Positions 36,473 to 45,183 of a DNA stretch of 64,000 nucleotides are shown here, piece by piece. The notes beneath the pieces are model-generated. The model was not told where the DNA came from. It searched no databases and saw only the letters and a list, made by a program, of their open reading frames with translations. This DNA is from an uncultured Acidimicrobiales bacterium (GTDB taxonomy: Bacteria > Actinomycetota > Acidimicrobiia > Acidimicrobiales > VFJN01): assembly GCA_963842395.1 (NCBI GenBank), contig CAWJGJ010000001.1, positions 1,834,889 through 1,898,888 on the forward strand, in the 5' to 3' direction. A program made the translations under genes and the position numbers. Within the stretch, counting starts at the first letter, position 1. The number at the start of each line of letters is the position of its first letter.

Positions 36473-36539
36473 CTCGGGCCGAGCGGCCTGGCGGTATCAC
36501 TTGACTCCGCACCGGGGAAGGCGCAGTCTGCGCGGCGCA

Positions 36540-36556
36540 GAACCTAAGATTTGTTA
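36540..36556 (-). promoter_or_regulatory. AT-rich recurrent box, copy c (GAACCTAAGATTTGTTA)
   Basis: 36 nt upstream of SBP ATG 36593. Contains TAAGAT on the plus strand. Confidence 0.5.
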
Positions 36557-36592
36557 CGCGAGAGCCGTGTTCTCGCGCGACGGGGGGATCAC

Positions 36593-37900
36593 ATGGGAGT
36601 TTCGGGGGAAGCTTCGGGGCACGCCGGTCGGCACAGGCACGCACTGGCGATCGCAGCAGTGGGCACGCTGCTGCTCGGGGTCGTTGCATGCGGCGGCGAC
36701 GACACGTCGTCGCCGAGCCCGTCGGGCTCGGAGGACAGCCCGCCGGCGGACGAGCTGCTCGGGCCCGAGGAACCGGCATCCGGCGAGCCGCTGCGCATCG
36801 GGATGGTCTCGGACGGCCAGGCCCCGGCGTTCGACGCCCGGTCCGAGCTGCGGGCGGTCGAGGCGACGGTCGAGTACTGGAACGCCCACCGGGCTGGGAT
36901 CGGCGGCCGGCCGATCGAGCTGGTGACCTGCGAGACGCACGCCGATCCGGCCGGCGGCACGGACTGCGGCAACCAGATGGTCGAGGAGGACGTCGTCGCC
37001 GTCGCCCTCGGGCAGTCCACGGTGGCGGAGTCGGTCTGGGAGCCGCTGCACGAGGCCGGCATCCCCACGCTGTTCTCACTGGCCATCGGCGATGCCATGC
37101 TCGGCGACCCGGACACGAGCTTCGTGCTCTCCAACCCGCTCACCACGGCCTTCGGCCTCCCGATCTCCGTGGCCCAGGACGAGGGCGCCGACAAGGTCAC
37201 GTTCGTCCTCATCGACGTCCCCCAGGCGCTCACGGTGTTCGAAGGCGACAGCGCCGATCGCATCCTCGAGAACGCCGGGCTCGACTACGACGTCGTCAAG
37301 GTGCCGCCGGGAACCGCGGACATGACGTCGCAGATGGCCGAGGTCGTCGAGGGCGGTGCGGGGGTCGTGCAGGTGGTCGGCCACGACGCGTTCTGCATCT
37401 CCGCCCTGCAGGGGCTGCACAGCGTCGGGTACGAGGGCGCGATCACCGGGATCTCGCAGTGCTTCACGGACGCCACCCGGGAGGCGATCCCCGGCGACCA
37501 GCTCGAGGGGACCTACGTCACGTCCACCATCGCCCTCGGCGCGACCGACGACCCGACCTACCAGCTGTACGAGGCGGTCATGGATGCGTATGGAGACGAT
37601 GTCGAGGACGTCGACAACAACGTGCCCATGGCGGGTTACACCGTGATGGCATCCCTCGCGTCGGCCCTCGACGGGATCTCGGGCGACGTCACGCCGGCGA
37701 CGGTCACCGAGGCCATCAAGGCGATGCCGGAGCAGGAGATGCCCGGAGGGGGCGGCGCGAGCTTCCGATGTGGCGGGTCCGCCATGACGACGATGCCGGC
37801 GGTGTGCACCAACCAGTGGCTCCGGGCGACGCTCGACGCCGACGGGCAGCCGGCGGGCTACGAGGTCGTCGACTCGACGGAGATCCTCGCCGGGCTGTAG
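36593..37900 (+). CDS. ABC-transporter substrate-binding lipoprotein (LivK/Peripla_BP_6-like), orphan
   Basis: ATG 36593 after GGGGGGA. Lipobox LLLGVVACGGDD. The overall pattern matches branched-chain amino acid/amide type SBPs. No permease or ATPase gene is adjacent. Confidence 0.65.
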   Translation: MGVSGEASGHAGRHRHALAIAAVGTLLLGVVACGGDDTSSPSPSGSEDSPPADELLGPEEPASGEPLRIGMVSDGQAPAFDARSELRAVEATVEYWNAHRAGIGGRPIELVTCETHADPAGGTDCGNQMVEEDVVAVALGQSTVAESVWEPLHEAGIPTLFSLAIGDAMLGDPDTSFVLSNPLTTAFGLPISVAQDEGADKVTFVLIDVPQALTVFEGDSADRILENAGLDYDVVKVPPGTADMTSQMAEVVEGGAGVVQVVGHDAFCISALQGLHSVGYEGAITGISQCFTDATREAIPGDQLEGTYVTSTIALGATDDPTYQLYEAVMDAYGDDVEDVDNNVPMAGYTVMASLASALDGISGDVTPATVTEAIKAMPEQEMPGGGGASFRCGGSAMTTMPAVCTNQWLRATLDADGQPAGYEVVDSTEILAGL

Positions 37901-37987
37901 CCGTCAGCACCTCCGGAACCGCGCTGATCCTCGGCGTCGCCGTCCCCCCGAGGTGCCGACCGCATCAACGGCCCTGGCCGAGACCGG

Positions 37988-39277
37988 TCACGAGGTCACC
38001 TCGAGGTGGAGCGCCCGCAAGCCGCGGAGGACGTACGTCGGGTCGTATTCGTAGCGTCGGGCGCCGGGAGGGCCGTGCTCCGCCTCGGAGATGCGGATGT
38101 CGGACGTCCGATCGAAGAGGCGGTGGAGTGCGACCCGGGCCTCGACGCGCGCCAGGGGCCCTCCGGGGCACGAGTGGATGCCACGTCCGAATGCGACCTG
38201 CTCGCGCGCGTTCGGGCGGTCGACGTCGAGGTCGTCGGGCGCATCGAAGCGGCGGGGGTCGCGGTTCGCGGCGTGGGGGAACACGGCGACCGTGGCGCCT
38301 GCGGGGATGTCGACGCCCGCGAGCGTGGTGCTCACCCGAGCCAGCCGCGAGACCGTCTTGACCGCGCCCTCCAGCCGCAGCACCTCCTCCAGGAAGTCGG
38401 GAAGCCGATCCCGGTCTGTGCGCAGGCGGCGCTGGAGCGCAGGGTCGTCGCCGAGGATCCGCAGCGCAGCGGCGATGATGCGGGCCGTGGTGTCCTGACC
38501 CGCGGCGAAGAGGAACGTCGCCGTCCGCACGACGTCGATGACCTCGGGTAGGCGGCCGTCCGGATAGGTCGCGGTCGCCAGGTGGGTGAGGACGTCCCCG
38601 CGTGGGTTGCGGCGGCGATCCTCGACGTACGCGGTGAACGCGTCGTTCAGGAACGCCAGCGGATCGAGCAGCACGTCGGTCGCTTCGCCGCCGACCGCCG
38701 TCCCCCGGTCGACACCCAGCTGCCGGGCGAAGGTCCGGTGGTCCTCCTCGGGCACCCCGAGGAGGTCGGCGATGACGAGGGCCGCGAACGGCTGCGAGAA
38801 GTCCCTGATCACCTCGAACCGGCCGGCGGCCAGTGCGTGGTCGAGCTGGCGGTCGGCCAGCCGCCAGATGAACGCCTCGTTCTCCTGCAGGCGCTTCGGC
38901 GTGAACAGCCGCATGAGGAGACCGCGCAGCGCGGTGTGCGCGGGCTGGTCCTGCGTCACCAGGTACTCCCCCATCGGGAGCCCGGCGCGGTGCTCCTCGA
39001 TGACGTCGGTGATGTCGTCCCCGTGCGGGGTGACCGGCAGCCCGGGGAACGGGCCGGTCACCGCGATGCACGACGAGAACGTCCGGTGGTCGCGCCACAC
39101 GTCCAAGGCCTCGTCGTAGCCGGTGACGGCCACCACGCCGTGGTGAGGCAGAGGGGTCACGGGGTGCATCCGGCGCAGCCGGTCGAAGTACGGGAACGGG
39201 TCGTCGACCAGGGACAGGTCGGTGAAGATGTCGGGGACGTCGTCGTTCGTCATCTCGAGGCCGTCTCCGTCTGTCAC
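37988..39277 (-). CDS. cytochrome P450
   Basis: 429 aa. Heme-ligand loop FGRGIHSCPG and an EXXR motif. A GTGA overlap links it to the upstream ferredoxin gene. Confidence 0.85.
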   Translation of the reverse strand: MTDGDGLEMTNDDVPDIFTDLSLVDDPFPYFDRLRRMHPVTPLPHHGVVAVTGYDEALDVWRDHRTFSSCIAVTGPFPGLPVTPHGDDITDVIEEHRAGLPMGEYLVTQDQPAHTALRGLLMRLFTPKRLQENEAFIWRLADRQLDHALAAGRFEVIRDFSQPFAALVIADLLGVPEEDHRTFARQLGVDRGTAVGGEATDVLLDPLAFLNDAFTAYVEDRRRNPRGDVLTHLATATYPDGRLPEVIDVVRTATFLFAAGQDTTARIIAAALRILGDDPALQRRLRTDRDRLPDFLEEVLRLEGAVKTVSRLARVSTTLAGVDIPAGATVAVFPHAANRDPRRFDAPDDLDVDRPNAREQVAFGRGIHSCPGGPLARVEARVALHRLFDRTSDIRISEAEHGPPGARRYEYDPTYVLRGLRALHLEVTS

Positions 39278-39471
39278 GTCTCGGTCGAGAGTGCCTGCTC
39301 GGGGCAGCTCCGGACGGCGCGGGCCGCCTGCGCCTCATGGCGGTCCGGGACGTGCCCGTCGGGCACGACGAGGGCGACATGGCCCTCCTCGTCGGGACCG
39401 AAGATCTCGGGAGCCAGGTCGTAGCACCGCCCGTGGCCCTGGCAGCGTTCGTGGTCGACGACGATCTGCAC
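39274..39471 (-). CDS. small ferredoxin (3Fe-4S/4Fe-4S type, P450 redox partner)
   Basis: 65 aa. CQGHGRC...SCP cysteine pattern. GTG start with TACGCT 7 nt upstream, which looks leaderless. Confidence 0.75.
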   Translation of the reverse strand: MQIVVDHERCQGHGRCYDLAPEIFGPDEEGHVALVVPDGHVPDRHEAQAARAVRSCPEQALSTET

Positions 39472-39501
39472 GCCGGCGAGCGTAGCCCCGGGTTAGCTTG
39501 T

Positions 39502-39518
39502 GGACAAATGTTTGGTTT
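39502..39518 (+). promoter_or_regulatory. AT-rich recurrent box, copy d (GGACAAATGTTTGGTTT, opposite orientation)
   Basis: Lies between the ferredoxin-P450 operon (GTG 39471) and the tandem TetR gene (39658). Confidence 0.5.
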
Positions 39519-39657
39519 GCAGGTCGTCGGCGGAACCCGGGGTCGATCTGCTGGTGGGCCGCACCTCGTGGCGCGTCGCCACCGGCAGTACCGGCGCCGA
39601 CCAGGGCTAACATCCGCTCCACGTTCGGTACCGTCGCCGTCAGGTCGATGCCCAGGA

Positions 39658-40911
39658 GTGGACGCCGTGTCGGTAGACGGGGCCCGTAGAACCGAGATCC
39701 TCGAGACCGCCGCGAGCTTGTTCGCGTCCTCGGGGATCCGCACCTCGCTCAAGCAGATCGCCGACGCCTGCGGCATCCTGCCGGGCAGCCTCTACCACCA
39801 CTTCGAGTCCAAGGAAGCGATCATCGTCGAGCTGATCGAGCGGTACCGGGCCGACCTCGACGACATCGCCAAGACGGGGCTCGACGAGTTGCACGAGCCG
39901 GGGCGGGCGCCCGTCTCCGACAGGATCGTGGCGCTCAGCTCCGCCATCGCCGCCTGCGCCGTTCGGCATCGGGCCGCGGTGCTCCTGACCTTCTACGAGC
40001 CACCCTCGGGTTCGGGCGACGAGCTGGTGCGCGTCGCCCAGGGGACGCCGCTGGAGATCGAGGCCGTGATGCTCGAGATCCTCCGGGCCGGCCGGGAGAG
40101 CGGAGACATCCGACCGGGCATCGACCTCGAGACGCTGGCCGAGCGGCTCTGCCAGACACTGCTCTACATCAGCCTCGGCGTGTTCCGCGACGTCCGCGGC
40201 GCCGACCAGCTGCCGGCGATCAGGTGCCGCATCCTGCTGGAGGGCGTGGCCGTCGCGGCGCCGACGAACGCCGCGCTCGACGCGTCGAGCGCGTTCCTGG
40301 CCGCTCAGCAGGTGGTCGACTCCTGGGACAAGGCCGAGGACGAGGAGGACGAGCGGGTCGCGCAGCTCCGAGCCGTCGCCCGCGCCGAGTTCGGCCGGCG
40401 GGGCTACGAGGCCACCACGATCAGGGACATCGCCGCGGCCGCCGGGCTCAGCACCGGCAGCGTCTACCGCATGATCGGCTCCAAGGACGACCTCCTCGCG
40501 TCGATCATGCAGTCGATACCCACGAAGGTGCGATCGGCCTGGACGAGCGTGCTCGAGTCCGACGCCACGAGCGTCGAGAAGCTCGACGCTCTGATGTGGA
40601 CCAACATCAACGTCGTCGACCGGTTCCGCGACGAGTACAACATCCAGCTCGCCTGGCTGCGCGAGTCGCCGCCCACGTCCTCCGACCTCGGGCAGACCTT
40701 CTCGGCGCGCCTGAACGACCTCAAGACGCTGCTCGCCGACGGCACCCGTTCCGGCGAGCTCCACCTCGAGGGCCCGTCAGCCGACATCCGCACCTGGGCG
40801 CTGCTCGACCCCATGTGGATGCACGAGACCATCGTGCACAAGGTCGGTCCCCGCGCCGCCCTCGCGCTCGCCCGCGACACCGTCCTGCGCGGCGCCGCCC
40901 GGCGCCCCTGA
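39658..40911 (+). CDS. tandem (double) TetR-family regulator
   Basis: Two complete TetR units in one chain. The first HTH is SLKQIADACGILPGSLYHHFESKEAI and the second is TTIRDIAAAAGLSTGSVYRMIGSKDDL. Start is GTG 39658 or 39667, after AGGAG. Confidence 0.7.
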   Translation: MDAVSVDGARRTEILETAASLFASSGIRTSLKQIADACGILPGSLYHHFESKEAIIVELIERYRADLDDIAKTGLDELHEPGRAPVSDRIVALSSAIAACAVRHRAAVLLTFYEPPSGSGDELVRVAQGTPLEIEAVMLEILRAGRESGDIRPGIDLETLAERLCQTLLYISLGVFRDVRGADQLPAIRCRILLEGVAVAAPTNAALDASSAFLAAQQVVDSWDKAEDEEDERVAQLRAVARAEFGRRGYEATTIRDIAAAAGLSTGSVYRMIGSKDDLLASIMQSIPTKVRSAWTSVLESDATSVEKLDALMWTNINVVDRFRDEYNIQLAWLRESPPTSSDLGQTFSARLNDLKTLLADGTRSGELHLEGPSADIRTWALLDPMWMHETIVHKVGPRAALALARDTVLRGAARRP

Positions 40912-40973
40912 GTCAGCCGGCCGACCAGGCGGCGGACCCGACCTCCCGCGCACGGCGCCGATGACGACCCCGG

Positions 40974-42178
40974 TCAGGCAGTGCGGTGCAGCAGCATCGG
41001 GAAGCGCTCGAGCGTCCGGATCCCCGCCGTGTAGTTGAGCTCCACGCCCGGCTTCAGGCAGTAGTCGGGTATCCGCCGGTGCCACTCGCGCAGCGCGACG
41101 CGCAGCTCCAGGCGCGCCAGGTGCGACCCCAGGCAACGATGGATCCCTCCACCGAACGCGAGGTGGCGGTTGGTGTCCCGGTCCCACCTGAGCTCCCCCG
41201 CCTCGGGGAACTCGGCGTCGTCGACGTTGGCGGCGCCGATGATGGCCATCACGTGCTCGCCGGCACTGATCGGGCAACCGCCGACCTCGGCGTCGCCCGT
41301 GGCGATGCGGGCGACCGCCATGACCGGGGTCTCCCACCGGAGCAGCTCCTCGACCACCGTCGGGATCGTCTCCGGTTCGTCGACGAGCTTGCGGCGGGCG
41401 TCCGGATCCTGGGCGAGCCGGCCGAAGAAGCAGTCGAGCGACGCCGTCACCGTGTCGAGACCGGCGATCAGGAAGAGGAAGCAGATGTCGAGGATGTCCT
41501 CGCGGGTGAGCCGGTCACCGTCGACCTCGACGTGCAGGAAGTGACTGAGGAGGTCGTCGCGTCGCTCCCCGCGCGCTCGTCGAGCACGCGCTCGAAGTAG
41601 GCGTAGATCGAGTCCGCGGTCTGCTGCTGGTGCGCCTCGGTCTCGGGATGGCCGAACTCGTGCCCGACGACGACGTCGGGGCGGATCACGCCGTCCTTCA
41701 TGCGCACGAACGCCGGCAGCTCGTCGAGCGGGAGGCCGAACAGCGTGAGGAACACCTGGGACGGGAACGGCACCGAGAACTGCGCGGCGAAGTCGATCTC
41801 GTCATCGTCGACGAACGCATCGACGAGGTCGTTCACGAGCCGCGTGACCGGCTCCTCGAGCGCCTTCATCCGCTGCGGCGCGAACAGGGGGTCGAGGATC
41901 CTGCGGTAGGTCCGGTGCGCCGGCGGATCGATCTGCAGCGGGATCAGCGGCCGCCTGGTCTTCAGGTCGTGGGCCGACATGTTGGACGAGTACAGGTCGG
42001 GATGGCGGAGGACCTCGTCCACCCCCGACCGGGACGTGACGACGACACCGACCCCGTCGACGCGCAACACCGGGGCGCTCTCCCGGAGAGCCACGTAGGT
42101 CGGCTGCGGGTTCCGCGCCAGCTCGGGGCTCATCAGCTGAGCCATCGCAACCCCATCGGTCTGCGTCGGTTCGCGCAT
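40974..42178 (-). pseudogene. cytochrome P450, single frameshift
   Basis: The N-terminal frame (ATG 42178) reads up to ...YFERVLDERAG. The C-terminal frame continues ERRDDLLSHFLHVEVDGDRLTREDILDICFLFLIAGLDTVTASLD...FGGGIHRCLG. The switch is at the CCCC run 41567-41570 (plus strand); one extra base would restore the frame. Confidence 0.7.
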
Positions 42179-42197
42179 GGCCTGACCCTAGCAGCCA

Positions 42198-42214
42198 GAA
42201 CCTAATGTTTGTTC
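42198..42214 (-). promoter_or_regulatory. AT-rich recurrent box, copy e (GAACCTAATGTTTGTTC)
   Basis: 19 nt upstream of ATG 42178 of the frameshifted P450. Confidence 0.5.
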
Positions 42215-42222
42215 GGCGCGCC

Positions 42223-42558
42223 TCAGGCCCCCAGGACGTCGCGCAGGGCGGCCAGGCGGTCGGGCACGACGGTGCAGTTGACCCAGCGGCCCACCTTCTC
42301 CTTGGTGATGAGCCCGGCGTCGGCGAGCACGGCGAGGTGGTGGCTCACCGTGGGCTGGCTCTTGCCGACCGGGGCCTCCAGGTCGCAACTGCACGCGGTC
42401 CCGTCGGGCGCGGCGGCGATCAGGGAGAGCAACCGCAGCCGGACGGGGTCGGCCAGCGCCTTGAACGCTCCCGCCAGCTCCACGGCCGCGGGCTCGTCGA
42501 GCGGGGCGGCGAGCAGCGGCGGGCAGCAGCTGTCGATGGTGGTGACCGGCACGCGCAC
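42223..42558 (-). CDS. arsR: ArsR/SmtB-family metalloregulator
   Basis: HTH LADPVRLRLLSLI...CSCDL...SQPTVSHHLAVLADAGLI. I prefer GTG 42558, 4 nt after AAGGAGG; the tracked ORF start is 42609. Confidence 0.8.
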   Translation of the reverse strand: MRVPVTTIDSCCPPLLAAPLDEPAAVELAGAFKALADPVRLRLLSLIAAAPDGTACSCDLEAPVGKSQPTVSHHLAVLADAGLITKEKVGRWVNCTVVPDRLAALRDVLGA

Positions 42559-42570
42559 GAGACCTCCTTG

Positions 42571-42612
42571 CACAAATCGACAATCATCGATATATTCACC
42601 GTTGTCCATACG
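42571..42612. promoter_or_regulatory. AT-rich arsR/arsI divergent control region with a TCGA-N6-TCGA dyad
   Basis: cacaaATCGAcaatcATCGATATattcaccgttgtccata stands out against the GC-rich background, between divergent arsR and arsI/cadI starts. Confidence 0.5.
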
Positions 42613-42630
42613 TTACCGGAGGAACCCACC

Positions 42631-43107
42631 ATGTCCCGTGTCCAGCTCGCCCTGAACGTCGCCGACGTCGACCAGGCCGTCGACTTCTACACCAAGCTCT
42701 TCAAGGTCGAGCCGGCCAAGCGCCGCCCGGGCTACGCCAACTTCGCAGTCGACTCGCCGCCCCTCAAGCTCGTGCTCATCGAGAACCCCGAGGCCACCGG
42801 GCGCCTCAACCACCTGGGCGTCGAGGTGTTCTCCACCGAGGAGGTGTCCGCCGCCCAGGCGCGGCTGGCGGGCGACGGGCTGGCCACCGCCAGCGAGGAC
42901 GACGTGACGTGCTGCTACGCCCGCCAGGACAAGGTGTGGGTCGACGACCCCGACGGCGCCCCGTGGGAGATCTACACCGTGCTGGCGGACAGCGACGCCC
43001 CCGCCGGCGAGCTCCGCAGCGTCGACACCTGCGGTGCCGGCGCCTGCGCCACGACCGAGCTGCCCGCGGACCAGGCCGGCGACGCCACCGTGGCCGGCTG
43101 CTGCTGA
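42631..43107 (+). CDS. ArsI/CadI-family VOC metalloenzyme (C-As lyase-like)
   Basis: ATG 42631 after GGAGGA. Glyoxalase fold with vicinal cysteines (DVTCCYARQDKVWV) and a Cys-rich tail (CGAGAC...AGCC). Confidence 0.7.
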   Translation: MSRVQLALNVADVDQAVDFYTKLFKVEPAKRRPGYANFAVDSPPLKLVLIENPEATGRLNHLGVEVFSTEEVSAAQARLAGDGLATASEDDVTCCYARQDKVWVDDPDGAPWEIYTVLADSDAPAGELRSVDTCGAGACATTELPADQAGDATVAGCC

Positions 43108-43148
43108 CGACTCCCATCGACCGGGCGGGGGGCCCGCCCGGTCACGAC

Positions 43149-43967
43149 TCATGGATCGTCCGGCGTCCCCCCGTGGGGCAAGATCACGTCCCCGGCGATC
43201 TCGTCCACATGCGGGTACAGCACGAGGATCAGGCCCGTCGCCACCGCGGCACCGGCCAGCTGGGCGACGACGAACATCGGCACCGACGCCGGCGCGATGC
43301 CCGCGAACGTGTCGCTGAACGCCCGCCCGATCGTCACCGCCGGGTTGGCGAAGCTGGTCGAGGACGTGAAGAAGTAGGCGCCCCCGATGTAGCCGGCGAC
43401 CGCGAACGCCACCACCGCCCCCCGGCCCGAGCGCACGACACCGAAGATCACGACCAGGAGCCCCAGGGTGGCGACCCCCTCGGCGAGCCACTGGTTCCCA
43501 CCCGACCGGACCGTCGTGGACCACTCGACCAGGGGCAGGTCGAACATGGCGTTGGCCACCACGCACCCGAGGACCGCCCCGGCGACCTGCGCGACGACAT
43601 AGCAGGCCGCAGTCGTCGTCCCGATGCCCCCGAACGCCCGGTCGACCAGCGTGACCGCGGGGTTGAAGTGTGCGCCCGACGCCGGCCCCAACGCGAGGAT
43701 CAGCGCCACCAGCACGCCGGCCGTCGCCCCCGCGTTCACGAGGAGCTGGAGCCCGCGGTCCTCGCTGAGGCGCTGGGCCATGATCCCCGACCCGACCACG
43801 CCCGCCACCAGGAACGCCGTGCCGACGAGCTCGGCCGTGAGACGCCGCACCAGCGGCGGCACCGACGCCGTCAGTCCCGTCGTCCGAGTCTGGCGCGCGC
43901 TGCGCCCGTCGCCGCCATCGGCCGGCACGGCGGCCGCGGTCGGCGGATGTTCGCCCGTCCCGGTCAC
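43149..43967 (-). CDS. MIP-family aquaglyceroporin (AqpS/GlpF-like)
   Basis: Two NPA boxes (HFNPAVT, FANPAVT) and six TM stretches. A GTGA overlap links it to the upstream arsC. Confidence 0.8.
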   Translation of the reverse strand: MTGTGEHPPTAAAVPADGGDGRSARQTRTTGLTASVPPLVRRLTAELVGTAFLVAGVVGSGIMAQRLSEDRGLQLLVNAGATAGVLVALILALGPASGAHFNPAVTLVDRAFGGIGTTTAACYVVAQVAGAVLGCVVANAMFDLPLVEWSTTVRSGGNQWLAEGVATLGLLVVIFGVVRSGRGAVVAFAVAGYIGGAYFFTSSTSFANPAVTIGRAFSDTFAGIAPASVPMFVVAQLAGAAVATGLILVLYPHVDEIAGDVILPHGGTPDDP

Positions 43968-44380
43968 GCCCGCGCCGGGACGCCCAGCTCGGCGATCAGC
44001 GTGCGCACCCGGGCCTCGATGTCGTCACGGACACGACGGACGACCTCGATCGGCTGCCCGGCCGGGTCGGTGAGCTCCCAGTCCACGTAGCGCGTGCCGG
44101 GGAACACCGGGCAGGTGTCGCCACAGCCCATCGTGACGACCACGTCGGCGGCGCCCACGATCTCGTCGGTCCACCTCCGGGGCGACTGGTCGCCGATGTC
44201 GATGCCGACCTCGTGCATGGCCACGACGGCCGCGGGGTTGACCTGTGCTCCTGGCTCCGAGCCGGCGGAGAACACCTCCACGGCGTCACCGGCCAGGTGA
44301 CGCAACCAGCCGGCGGCCATCTGGGATCTCCCTGCGTTGTGGACGCACAGGAACAGCACCGCCGGCCGGCGGTCGGCCAT
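43964..44380 (-). CDS. arsC: arsenate reductase, LMW-PTPase type
   Basis: 138-aa sub-ORF from ATG 44380. CX5R P-loop VLFLCVHNAGRSQMA and GCGDTCP. Confidence 0.8.
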   Translation of the reverse strand: MADRRPAVLFLCVHNAGRSQMAAGWLRHLAGDAVEVFSAGSEPGAQVNPAAVVAMHEVGIDIGDQSPRRWTDEIVGAADVVVTMGCGDTCPVFPGTRYVDWELTDPAGQPIEVVRRVRDDIEARVRTLIAELGVPARA

Positions 44381-44424
44381 GCGGCGCCCCGGCTCGCCGT
44401 CCGGTGCCGCCTGATCGTCCCGGG

Positions 44425-45120
44425 TCACGGTCGTCCTCGCTCGCTGGGGGTGGGCACGGACGCGGCGACGGTGGTGATGCGGTCGTCGAGCTCGGCCAGC
44501 GCCGCGTCGAATGCCCTCGCCCGCCCCGCCTCCACGGGATCGGGGACCGACCAGTGCCACCACTCGACCGGAGGGTCGAGCTCCTCGTGGGCCCGGTCGC
44601 ACACGGTCACGACGACGTCGACCCGGGTGTCCGCCCGGTCGAGGGGGCGTGGCCCAGCGGCCGTGAGGTCGAGGCCGGCACGCCTGGCGGCGGCCACGGC
44701 GCCCGGGTGCACACGGTCGGCCGGATGGGTGCCGGCGCTGTCGGCCCCGTCGCCGGTGCGCGCCCGCCACAGCGCGGCCGCCAGCTGCGAACGTGCCGAG
44801 TTGTGGGTGCAGATGAACAGCGCGCGCCCGGCGCGGGGGCGGTCGAGCAGGGCCAGGTCGCGCAGCACCTGGTGGCGAAGCCGCACGTACCGGCGCCGCC
44901 GGTCCCCGGAGGAGGTGTGGCGATCGATCACGCCCGCGCGCTCCAGGACGTCCAGGTGATGGGCGAGGAGGTTCCCCGGCAGCCCGAATCGGGCGGCCAG
45001 CACCGAGGGGGCGCGGTCCGAGCACCGGAGGTCGTCGACGATGGCGAGCCGCACCGGCTCGCCCAGGGCCGCGTGCACCGCCGCCCGTCGTTCGATCGCC
45101 CCGTCCCCCGACCCGTCCAT
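44425..45120 (-). CDS. ArsR HTH domain fused to an LMW-PTPase (ArsC-like) domain
   Basis: N-terminal GEPVRLAIVDDL...LLAHHLDVLERAGVI (ArsR wHTH). C-terminal ALFICTHNSARSQLA (CX5R) ...VVTVCD. Confidence 0.75.
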   Translation of the reverse strand: MDGSGDGAIERRAAVHAALGEPVRLAIVDDLRCSDRAPSVLAARFGLPGNLLAHHLDVLERAGVIDRHTSSGDRRRRYVRLRHQVLRDLALLDRPRAGRALFICTHNSARSQLAAALWRARTGDGADSAGTHPADRVHPGAVAAARRAGLDLTAAGPRPLDRADTRVDVVVTVCDRAHEELDPPVEWWHWSVPDPVEAGRARAFDAALAELDDRITTVAASVPTPSERGRP

Positions 45121-45135
45121 CGACCGACGATAAGC

Positions 45136-45157
45136 CTCAATGACTATTGAGTCAATG
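45136..45157. promoter_or_regulatory. inverted repeat CTCAAT-N4-ATTGAG upstream of the arsR-arsC fusion gene (operator candidate)
   Basis: Perfect 6-bp arms at 45136-45141 and 45146-45151 in an AT-rich patch, 16 nt upstream of ATG 45120. Confidence 0.5.
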
Positions 45158-45183
45158 TTGCCTGAGAGAAACCCACCTGGGCT

